Positions 56,663-64,000 of a DNA stretch of 64,000 nt are shown here, piece after piece; position 1 is the stretch's first letter; every line of letters starts with the position of its first letter. This stretch comes from Nitrososphaerota archaeon (GTDB lineage: Archaea; Thermoproteota; Nitrososphaeria; Nitrososphaerales; Gagatemarchaeaceae), in NCBI GenBank assembly GCA_027320425.1, contig DAHVLJ010000005.1:22832-86831 (forward strand). Reading direction: 5' to 3'. A model generated the notes under the pieces. The model worked only from the letters and a program-made list of their open reading frames with translations. It searched no databases and was not told the origin of the DNA. The position numbers and the translations under genes are program-made.

Positions 56663-58294
56663 GTGAAGTTGAGCAGTAGGACGACGTTCGCTGAGATATC
56701 GCCGTCAGAGTTCTTCTACAGAAACCGAGACCTGGCGGGGTTCACGAATCCTGCGCGCGCCCTGTACATGGCAGTAAGGGAGCTCGTTGAGAACTCCTTC
56801 GACGCCGCTGAGCTGGCCGGGATAAACCCCGACGTCTACGTCAGGATCATGGCTGAGAACCCCAACCCTGAGATTCCCGAGCCCAAGCCCTATCGCCTTA
56901 CCGTCATTGACAACGGCCCCGGGGTTGCTCCGCAGCATGTTCCAAGCGCTTTCGGGAAAGTGTTCTACGGCTCAAAGTACGTGCTCAGGCAGTCTAGGGG
57001 GATGTTCGGCTTGGGAGGGACGATGGCGATCCTCTACGGTCAGATCACCACCAACAAGCCGGTGACGATCATCTCCTCCCCTGACGGCAAGCGGAAGTAT
57101 GGCTTCCAGATGATGATCGACATCAGCGAGAACAGGCCGATGGTCCTGAAGAGGTTCAACAGCGACGCCGACGGCACCACTGGGACGAGGGTCGACATGA
57201 TCCTCGAGGGCGACTATCTTCGCTCCTCTGCGAAGATCGCCGAGTACTTCAAGCAGACAGCGATGGTGGCGAGCTACTCGAACATCACCTTCGTCGACCC
57301 ACAGGGACAGGTCACCTTCTACGAGAGGGCTACCACAGCCATGCCGTCACCGCCGAAGGAGACGCTCCCTCACCCCTACGGCGTAGACGTCGAGGCTTTC
57401 AAGAGAATAATCAAGCTCTCGGAAGAGCACGACATGAAGACGTTCATGGTGACCCATTTCCACCGGGTCGGGGACAGGATTGCGACGAAGTTCCTCGAGT
57501 TCGCAGGCGTGAGCCCCAAGCTCCCCCCGAAGAGACTGAACACGGCCCAGATTGTAACGCTAGTCGACGCCCTGCAGCGCTTCCCCGACTTCCTTCAGCC
57601 TGACGCCGCCGTCCTCTCGCCGATAGGCGAGGACATCCTGCTCACGGGGATCAACAAGGAGCTCCAGCCGGAGTTCTCCACCATCGTGACCCGGCCTCCT
57701 TCCTCATACTCTGGCTTTCCGTTCCTCATCGAGGTAGGGGTCGCATACGGCGGGAAGGTCCTGCAACCCGGGGTCAAACTGTTCAGGTTCGCCAACAGGA
57801 TCCCACTGCTCTACGACGAAAGCTCCGACGTCAGCTTCGAGGTGCTCAACGAAGAGGTGGACTGGCGAAGGTATCACGTCCCACAGGACGCCCCCGTCGG
57901 GGTCATCACCCACATCGCGAGCACCAGGATCCCGTACAAGACTGTCGGCAAGGAATACATCGCCGACAGGCCGGAGATTCAGAGAGAGATCAGAAACGCG
58001 GTAAGGGAGGCCCTCAGGAGGCTCGGGATATTCCTCTCGAAGAAGGGGAGCATGGAGGCGGTCCAGAGAAAGATGAACATCTATGGGAAGTACCTCCCGC
58101 TCATCGCCCAGTTCTCGACCGAGCTGGCAGGCAAGAAGGACCTGCCCGAATACCGCAAGCTCATCGGGGAGGGAGGGGTCATAGTTGAAGAAAACGACGC
58201 CGCAGCTGCCGAGTCAGGGGCGGCGGGAGAAACAGAAAATGCCAACAAAGAAGAAGGCGGCCAAGAGACAATCGACAGGTACGGCGGAGTCTAG
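56663..58294 (+). CDS. top6B: DNA topoisomerase VI subunit B
   Basis: EFFYRN..LAGF, ELVENSFDA, DNGPG, QSRGMFGLG, RFANRIPLLY. Confidence 0.96.
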   Translation: MKLSSRTTFAEISPSEFFYRNRDLAGFTNPARALYMAVRELVENSFDAAELAGINPDVYVRIMAENPNPEIPEPKPYRLTVIDNGPGVAPQHVPSAFGKVFYGSKYVLRQSRGMFGLGGTMAILYGQITTNKPVTIISSPDGKRKYGFQMMIDISENRPMVLKRFNSDADGTTGTRVDMILEGDYLRSSAKIAEYFKQTAMVASYSNITFVDPQGQVTFYERATTAMPSPPKETLPHPYGVDVEAFKRIIKLSEEHDMKTFMVTHFHRVGDRIATKFLEFAGVSPKLPPKRLNTAQIVTLVDALQRFPDFLQPDAAVLSPIGEDILLTGINKELQPEFSTIVTRPPSSYSGFPFLIEVGVAYGGKVLQPGVKLFRFANRIPLLYDESSDVSFEVLNEEVDWRRYHVPQDAPVGVITHIASTRIPYKTVGKEYIADRPEIQREIRNAVREALRRLGIFLSKKGSMEAVQRKMNIYGKYLPLIAQFSTELAGKKDLPEYRKLIGEGGVIVEENDAAAAESGAAGETENANKEEGGQETIDRYGGV

Positions 58295-59354
58295 GCAGAC
58301 CGTCGCCCAGGGCCTCCTTAGAGACCTTGGGGGGAGCGTCTACAGCGACCTGGACGAAGGCCGTTTCCCGAGCCTCACGCTCGCGAGCAGGTCGGTCCGC
58401 AACATCGTCTATGACAAGAAGCTGCAGCAGTTCGTCCTAGGCGCCACTACCGTGAAGAAGTCGTCTGGAAACATCAAGCACATCCGCCCCTTCACCCAGC
58501 TCGTATGGCTCGCGTACTTCGCGAAGAAGCTGGTTGACGAAAAGCGCACTTCGACCCTCAGAGACGTGTTCTATTCTGCCCAGGCCTTCAACGTCGAGTT
58601 CCAGGATCAGGCGGAGTCAGACGAGCTGATCACCGACCTCGAAGTGCTGATGCAGATGGCCCGCGAGGGGATGAACATCTACCCTGAGGAGCGCAGCGCC
58701 ATCTTCGGCGACATGAAGATCGAGTACACCGTCCCTGGATACGAGGGGAAGCTGGCGGACCTTTCCGCCAATCCGGACGGGGTGATGATAGGCCCGGCGC
58801 TCACCACTGCGGAGTTCAGAGACACGGACGCGGAGCTCGTCCTGGCCATCGAGAAGGGCGGCCTTTTTACAAGGTTCATCGAGGAGAGGGTCCACCAGAA
58901 GTACAAGGCCATCCTGATCAATACCGCGGGCCAGCCGCCGAGGTCGACCCGCTACCTTATCCGAAGGCTGAACCAAGAACTCGGCCTCCCCGTCGGGATA
59001 CTCTGCGACGCTGACCCCTGGGGGGCGCACATCGCCATGGTCATCAAGAGCGGGAGCGCGAACGCAGCCCATCTGAGGGAGCTCACGACCCCCAACTCCG
59101 TCTGGCTCGGGGTCTACGCGAGCGACATCCAGAAGTACAAGCTCCCGTCCGACAAGCTCACCGAGGTGGACGTGAAGAGGCTCTATGAACTGAAGGCCGA
59201 CCCACGTTACACCGAGAAGATGTGGCACGACGAGCTGGAGACGTTCCTGAAGTACAGGCGGAAGAGCGAGCAGGAGGCATTCGCCAGATATGGGCTAAGC
59301 TACATCGTGGACACTTATCTTCCAGAGAAGCTGGAAATGATGAAGAGTTCCTAG
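58239..59354 (+). CDS. top6A: DNA topoisomerase VI subunit A
   Basis: STLRDVFY, IEKGG, GQP.RSTR, D.DPWG TOPRIM, K.EQEA; start uncertain and overlapping top6B. Confidence 0.96.
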   Translation: MPTKKKAAKRQSTGTAESRQTVAQGLLRDLGGSVYSDLDEGRFPSLTLASRSVRNIVYDKKLQQFVLGATTVKKSSGNIKHIRPFTQLVWLAYFAKKLVDEKRTSTLRDVFYSAQAFNVEFQDQAESDELITDLEVLMQMAREGMNIYPEERSAIFGDMKIEYTVPGYEGKLADLSANPDGVMIGPALTTAEFRDTDAELVLAIEKGGLFTRFIEERVHQKYKAILINTAGQPPRSTRYLIRRLNQELGLPVGILCDADPWGAHIAMVIKSGSANAAHLRELTTPNSVWLGVYASDIQKYKLPSDKLTEVDVKRLYELKADPRYTEKMWHDELETFLKYRRKSEQEAFARYGLSYIVDTYLPEKLEMMKSS

Positions 59355-59406
59355 GCCGATGCCGGCTAACTGCTAAATACCCTGACCCTTCTGCCCGAAA
59401 ATAGAC

Positions 59407-59616
59407 TTGACTTTCACAGCCGAGCAGTCGAGGGTCGATGCTCTCGTCCGCCTTCTGGGCCTCATCATCCTCGCCTTCGGTCTCCTGATGCTGTACTACA
59501 CTTACGCGAACGCGAACGCGGCAGGGATCGCCCCTGAGATCGTCACGATAAACTACTCACTGGGCGCATTGCTGACTGTGGTCGGCCTTTTCTCGACATT
59601 CTCGAAGTTCAAGTGA
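59407..59616 (+). CDS. Small 2-TM membrane protein
   Basis: Two hydrophobic helices; TAAATA box at ~59374. Confidence 0.65.
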   Translation: MTFTAEQSRVDALVRLLGLIILAFGLLMLYYTYANANAAGIAPEIVTINYSLGALLTVVGLFSTFSKFK

Positions 59617-59622
59617 CCAGGG

Positions 59623-60663
59623 TTGCCAATCAAAGTAGCGCTTGCCGGCGTAGGCAACTGCGCGTCTGTGTTCGTCCAGGGGCTCAAGTTCTATTCGGGC
59701 GACGACTACAAGGGCCTGTGGCACTCGAACATCGGGGGTTTCAGGCCGAGGGATGTCCAGGTTGTCGCCGCGTTCGACGTAGCCCCGAGCAAGGTCGGCC
59801 TCGAACTGTCGAAGGCGGTGTTCGCGCCTCCAAACGTCGCCAGGCGGTACGTGCCTCTTTCGAAGTCCAGGGTGACGGTCGAGCCTGGCATCTCGAAGTC
59901 CGACCCCGCGCCACATTTGAGGGACTCCAAGCTGGTCCGGAGCGGCTCTGAGGAAGTCTCGAAGAAGCTGGAAGAAGCCGAGGCAGACATCCTTGTGAAC
60001 ATGATTTCTTCGGGCTCCGCCGCGTCTTCTGAGGAGTACGCGAGGGCCGCGCTGAAGGCCGGCTGCGGATACATCAACTGCACCCCGAGCCTGGTCCTCC
60101 GGAACAACAAAATTGTGGCCGATTTTCAGAGAGCGAAGCTCCCCCTCATCGGCGACGACCTGATGAGCCAGTTCGGAGGGACTGTCTTCCACAAAGGCCT
60201 TCTCGGCCTGCTCGTCAAGAGGGGTGTGAAGATATCGAAGAGCTATCAATTGGACGTAGGGGGAGGTTCGGAGACCCAGAACACCATCAGCGAGGACATC
60301 AAGATGGCCAAGAGAGACGTGAAGACCGGGTCCGTCGTAACGGAGGTCCCTTACAAGTTCGAGACCATCGCCGGCACCACCGACTTCGTCGACTACATGG
60401 GGAACGACAGGACGAGCTATTTCTGGTTCGAAGGGAGCTCTTTCCTCGACAGCGGGATATCCGTGGACGTGTATCTCAGGTCGTCAGACGGAGCCAACGC
60501 CGGCAACGTGCTCCTGGACGTGGTCAGAGCAACCTACCGCGCGATGAAGATTGGTAAGCTGGGGACTATGGGCGAGATCTGCGCCTATGGGTTCAAGTCG
60601 CCGCTGAAGCCGGTGCCTTTCGAAGAGGCATACACCAAATTCGCCGCGCTCTATGTGCGCTGA
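59623..60663 (+). CDS. Myo-inositol-1-phosphate synthase family protein (divergent)
   Basis: GVGNCAS, VAAFDV..KVG, INCTP, GDD..SQ.GGT, YGFKSP. Confidence 0.85.
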   Translation: MPIKVALAGVGNCASVFVQGLKFYSGDDYKGLWHSNIGGFRPRDVQVVAAFDVAPSKVGLELSKAVFAPPNVARRYVPLSKSRVTVEPGISKSDPAPHLRDSKLVRSGSEEVSKKLEEAEADILVNMISSGSAASSEEYARAALKAGCGYINCTPSLVLRNNKIVADFQRAKLPLIGDDLMSQFGGTVFHKGLLGLLVKRGVKISKSYQLDVGGGSETQNTISEDIKMAKRDVKTGSVVTEVPYKFETIAGTTDFVDYMGNDRTSYFWFEGSSFLDSGISVDVYLRSSDGANAGNVLLDVVRATYRAMKIGKLGTMGEICAYGFKSPLKPVPFEEAYTKFAALYVR

Positions 60664-60788
60664 GCGACCGCATCGCGAATTCTAGCTCAGCCGATCCACC
60701 GATTTGGCCTCCGGCGAGAATCGCTGTCTATCCCCTCATCACTCGGCCCGAATCATCCCTCGCAACAGCATCAGATGGTAAAAGCAGG

Positions 60789-60877
60789 CGGCGACGGTCG
60801 GACTCGAACCGACGACCAATTGGTATCTGCCTGGCAGGCTAACAGCCAATTGCTCTACCACGCTGAGCTACGTCGCC
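60789..60877 (-). tRNA. tRNA-Asn(GTT) with 15-nt intron at 37/38 (60825-60839)
   Basis: GGCGACG acceptor, ATTGG/CCAAT anticodon stem, CTGT/GCAG central helix, TTCGAGT T-loop. Confidence 0.95.
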
Positions 60878-60945
60878 GCGATTCGACAGCATCGGGGTGC
60901 GTTCAAAAACCTTGTTTATACGAGACCAGGGGCGGGTGACCGAGC

Positions 60946-61398
60946 GTGCAGGCAGCTTCTCCCGCACGGGACAAAGGCGAGGTCGAGACAGTCATTCACG
61001 CGTTCTTCGAGGCCGGGAAGAACAAGGACCTGACGACGCTTTCCGACTTCCACGCCTCTAGGGACGCTTTCACCAAGTTTGATGAGAACCCCCCATACAC
61101 GAGGCAGACGTCAGACGAGGCATTCGTCTACGAACAGGCTGCATTCGCCAACATTTCTGACTACAGATATGCCGTCGACGACCTGAGGATCGACCTTTTC
61201 GGCGGTACCGCGGTCGCCACATTCTACCTGACATATGGCGGCATATTCGTAAACGACTATTCATTCGAGGGTTCGCCTGTGAACGGAAGAGCCAGAGTGA
61301 CAATGGTCCTGGTCAAGACCTCCAGAGGGTGGAGAATCGCCCACGAGCACTTCAGCAGGTATCCTGACTGGGTCCCTCCAAGGGCAGCGAAACAGTAG
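60946..61398 (+). CDS. NTF2/SnoaL-like (DUF4440) protein
   Basis: DLRIDLFG.TAVATF, RVTMVLVK...GWRIAHEHFS. Confidence 0.85.
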   Translation: MQAASPARDKGEVETVIHAFFEAGKNKDLTTLSDFHASRDAFTKFDENPPYTRQTSDEAFVYEQAAFANISDYRYAVDDLRIDLFGGTAVATFYLTYGGIFVNDYSFEGSPVNGRARVTMVLVKTSRGWRIAHEHFSRYPDWVPPRAAKQ

Positions 61399-61439
61399 TC
61401 ACACCACGATTATCTATCCGACCGGCCGGACCGGGATGG

Positions 61440-61739
61440 TTGTCCCTGGGCCTCTATGACGTGTGGTACTTCATCATCGGGTTCCTACTCGCCAATGGGG
61501 TCCCGCACTTCATCTTCGGGCGCGCCGGGAAGCTCTTTCGCTCCCCTTTCGGTCAGAAGTCCCCTCCGAAGGTGAACGTGCTCTGGGGGCTCGCGAACTT
61601 CGCGCTGGCGACAGCCATCGGCCTGGCTCTTGCCTACCTTGGCCTCTACGATCAATATTCGATGGCCGTGCTGTTGGCGGGGTTCTGGCTCATGGCGTTG
61701 AACTTCGGGTTTTCTATCAGAAGGTTCCTTAACGAATAG
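61440..61739 (+). CDS. Small membrane protein
   Basis: ANGVPHF..G..G..FRSPF...S...NV.WG..N; three hydrophobic helices. Confidence 0.75.
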   Translation: MSLGLYDVWYFIIGFLLANGVPHFIFGRAGKLFRSPFGQKSPPKVNVLWGLANFALATAIGLALAYLGLYDQYSMAVLLAGFWLMALNFGFSIRRFLNE

Positions 61740-61748
61740 GATCTGATG

Positions 61749-61852
61749 TGGGCCCGGCCAGATTTGAACTGGCGACCGACCGGTCTCTCAGGTCAAGCCG
61801 TATGAGCCGGTCGCTTTGGTCGGTTACGCTGACCGAACTGAGCTACGGGCCC
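61749..61852 (-). tRNA. tRNA with CAT anticodon, most likely tRNA-Ile2(CAU); two introns (22/23: 61816-61828; 37/38: 61785-61800)
   Basis: Removing both inserts gives a 75-nt cloverleaf with GCTC/GAGC D-stem; GGGCCCG acceptor is Ile-like. Confidence 0.9.
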
Positions 61853-61934
61853 ACTTTCGCCGCTCCCCACCTGCTGCCTTTAAGCGGCTCGGCTAAGCGT
61901 AAATAGCCCTGAAATCAGTCAAAATCTAGTAACA

Positions 61935-62231
61935 GTGAGCAAGGACCAAGACGAAGGGTTCGACGACATTTTAGCCGAACTGGACCGTGAGGAGGCCCGC
62001 GTCAAGATAAGGATGGAGATGAGGCGCTTCGGTAAGCCGACGACGGTCATCGAGGGCATCAAGATGAGCGACAAAGACCTCCATGAGCTGAACTCCAAGA
62101 TGAAGCGGGCTCTGGCCACGGGAGGGACGGTGAAGGACGGGATAATGATACTGCAGGGGGACCACAGAGAGACCGCCGCCAAGATGCTCAAGGAGAACGG
62201 CTTCTCCGAGAGCGCCATCGAGATAATCTAG
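61935..62231 (+). CDS. sui1: Translation initiation factor SUI1 (aIF1)
   Basis: RRFGKPTTVIEG, K..LATGGTVKDG.M.LQGDHR. Confidence 0.93.
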   Translation: MSKDQDEGFDDILAELDREEARVKIRMEMRRFGKPTTVIEGIKMSDKDLHELNSKMKRALATGGTVKDGIMILQGDHRETAAKMLKENGFSESAIEII

Positions 62232-62313
62232 CAGTCGGCTCGTTTGTCTCATGGGTGAGGCCTGTTCAACCTTTTAAAGGGTAATCAGGGGCGCACCGCT
62301 TAGCGGAGTCATA

Positions 62314-63483
62314 ATGTCGAAGCCGATTACGAGTTTCGAGGACTTCGTAAGGCGCATAATCACTGTCGTATTCTGGATTGCGCTCGTCGCAGTGGTGGTC
62401 ATCCTCCCGATCTACTACCTCCTCGACGCCGAGCTCCACTTCCCCTTCGACATCATACACCTGGCGATAAACCCCAATCTGATGATTGCCTTCCAGCTTA
62501 ACCTCCTCGCCACCGAGCCGTTCCACACCCTCTTCGCTCTGACCGTGTTTCCAGGGTTCACCTTCGTGGCGGTCTACGGGACGATATTCATGGGGTGGGT
62601 GGAGAGGAAGATGACCGCAAAGATCCAGCTCAGGACGGGACCGATGTACGCAGGGAGGTTCGAGGGCATACTCCAGAACATAGCTGACTTCTTCAAGTTG
62701 GCGTTCAAGGAGATAGTGATTCCAAACGGCGTCGACAGGGCCACCTTCGTCGCCGTCCCGTTCGCACTGATGGCCGTGGCTGGAGCGCTGGTCGCGCTGG
62801 TCCCGCTCTCTACGACGACCTACATCGCCGACCCATCGGTCGGAGCCGTTCTCGTCTTTGCCATCCTCGGTTTCACGCCCGTCATCGTCCTGCTCGCGGG
62901 GTGGGCCAGCAACAGCAAGTACCCGTTCCTAGGCGGGCTCAGAGCCCTTCATCAGATGGTCGCCTACGAAGTCCCGATGATCCTCTCGCTCGTCGGCGCG
63001 GTGGTGCTCGCCGGGTCCTTGAACCTCATGAACATCGTCCAGGCGCAGACGGGCTTCTGGTACATACTCGTTCAGCCGCTGGGGGCCATAGTCTTCTTCA
63101 TCGCCGCCCTCGCAGAGCTGGAGAGGATTCCGTTCGACCTCCCTGAGGCCGACAGCGAGCTGGTCGCAGGGTGGCAGACGGAGTACACCAGCATGCTGTT
63201 CGGGACCTTCCAACTGGCGAACTTCTCAAGGATGTATATCATGGCCGGCCTCTTCACCACGTTCTTCCTGGGAGGGTGGCTGGGCCCCTCGCCGGTCCCG
63301 CCCGAAGTGTGGTTCATCATCAAAGTGACCGCGGTGATGGTCATGATGATGCTCCCAAGGTCCATCATGCCCAGGCTCAGGATAGACATGCTGCTCAGGG
63401 CAGGCTGGGTAAAGCTGCTGGCCCTCGCGTTCGCCAACATCTTCCTCACGATGATCATCGTGTCTCTGGGAGTGGTGCATTAG
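62314..63483 (+). CDS. nuoH: NADH-quinone oxidoreductase-like complex subunit H
   Basis: ERK..A.IQ.R.GP, Q.IAD..KL..KE, SNSKYPFLGGLR, AELERIPFDLPEA.SELVAGW.TEY, PRLRID. Confidence 0.96.
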   Translation: MSKPITSFEDFVRRIITVVFWIALVAVVVILPIYYLLDAELHFPFDIIHLAINPNLMIAFQLNLLATEPFHTLFALTVFPGFTFVAVYGTIFMGWVERKMTAKIQLRTGPMYAGRFEGILQNIADFFKLAFKEIVIPNGVDRATFVAVPFALMAVAGALVALVPLSTTTYIADPSVGAVLVFAILGFTPVIVLLAGWASNSKYPFLGGLRALHQMVAYEVPMILSLVGAVVLAGSLNLMNIVQAQTGFWYILVQPLGAIVFFIAALAELERIPFDLPEADSELVAGWQTEYTSMLFGTFQLANFSRMYIMAGLFTTFFLGGWLGPSPVPPEVWFIIKVTAVMVMMMLPRSIMPRLRIDMLLRAGWVKLLALAFANIFLTMIIVSLGVVH

Positions 63484-63484
63484 C

Positions 63485-64000
63485 GTGGGGACCTTGAGCT
63501 ACCTCAAGGGCGTGTTCGTCGCCACATGGTCCGGGGTCAGACACCTCTTCCGCCCCAGGATGACGCTGAAGTATCCTGAGCAGAAGCTGGACCTCGAGGG
63601 ACCCGGCTACAGGTATGACCCGAAGCAGGGGGTGGGCCTGCCTGGGTTCAAGGGACGCCACATCCTGTCATTCGAAAAGTGCACAGGGTGCCAGCTCTGC
63701 GCCATCGCCTGCGACGGCATAGCGGTTGCCATAGACATGCAGAAGGTCCCGAAGGGGAAGCCGCAGAACAAGAAAGACATCTTCCCCGCGGTCGACTACG
63801 GCAGGTGTGTGTTCTGCGGGCTCTGCGTGGACGCCTGCCCGTTCGACGCCCTCGACATGACGAACGACTACGAGCTGTCCGCATACGACAAGATGGGCCT
63901 GAAGTACACGCCGGACATGCTGGCCGTCCCGCCTAAGCTCGAAGGGAAGAAGTACAAGGTCGAGTTCGACACAGAGAAGGGAGTGGTAAGGTACGGCTGA
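63485..64000 (+). CDS. nuoI: NADH-quinone oxidoreductase-like complex subunit I
   Basis: CTGCQLCAIAC and CVFCGLCVDACP 2x[4Fe-4S]; stop at the window end. Confidence 0.95.
   Translation: MGTLSYLKGVFVATWSGVRHLFRPRMTLKYPEQKLDLEGPGYRYDPKQGVGLPGFKGRHILSFEKCTGCQLCAIACDGIAVAIDMQKVPKGKPQNKKDIFPAVDYGRCVFCGLCVDACPFDALDMTNDYELSAYDKMGLKYTPDMLAVPPKLEGKKYKVEFDTEKGVVRYG

Noticed and set aside
61749..61852. Calling the CAT tRNA initiator or elongator Met
   Set aside because: Lacks the initiator A1-U72 pair and three consecutive G-C anticodon pairs; acceptor stem is Ile-like (elongator Met not fully excluded)
1..64000. CRISPR array, transposase, integrase, rRNA or defence system
   Set aside because: No regularly spaced repeats, no recognisable mobile-element or Cas proteins, and no long non-coding region

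Overview
GC-rich archaeal chromosomal segment, most consistent with a TACK archaeon of the Nitrososphaerota (Thaumarchaeota). Support for this: topoisomerase VI, aIF2-beta/SUI1/RIO1/Dim2, grpE-dnaK-dnaJ, divergent FtsZ, a PEF-type C-terminal sorting signal, rpl12 near alaS-leuS, and intron-containing tRNAs. About 70 densely packed CDSs, many with TTG/GTG starts. They cover translation (alaS, leuS, metG, rpl12), SAM/MTA recycling (mtnP-apt-phosphorylase paralog-ahcY-metG), glycine cleavage P subunits, fumC, argF, thiL, two phosphohexomutases, N-glycan/nucleotide-sugar genes, metal transport and the start of a nuoH-nuoI unit. There are six tRNA genes; four carry introns, including non-canonical positions 59/60 and 22/23 (the latter in a double-intron tRNA). 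No CRISPR array, transposase, integrase or rRNA was seen. Highlights: (1) a probable ribophorin I (Ost1/RPN1)-like membrane protein with a RPN1-like cytoplasmic helical tail, near N-glycosylation genes; (2) an APC permease + NdmA-like Rieske oxygenase + adenine deaminase cluster; (3) a compact di-heme cytochrome b + Rieske module; (4) thiL apparently starting at ACG; (5) an unannotated 55-aa zinc-ribbon protein; (6) several enzyme-family members with substituted catalytic motifs. All family assignments come from motif recognition by eye; no searches were run.
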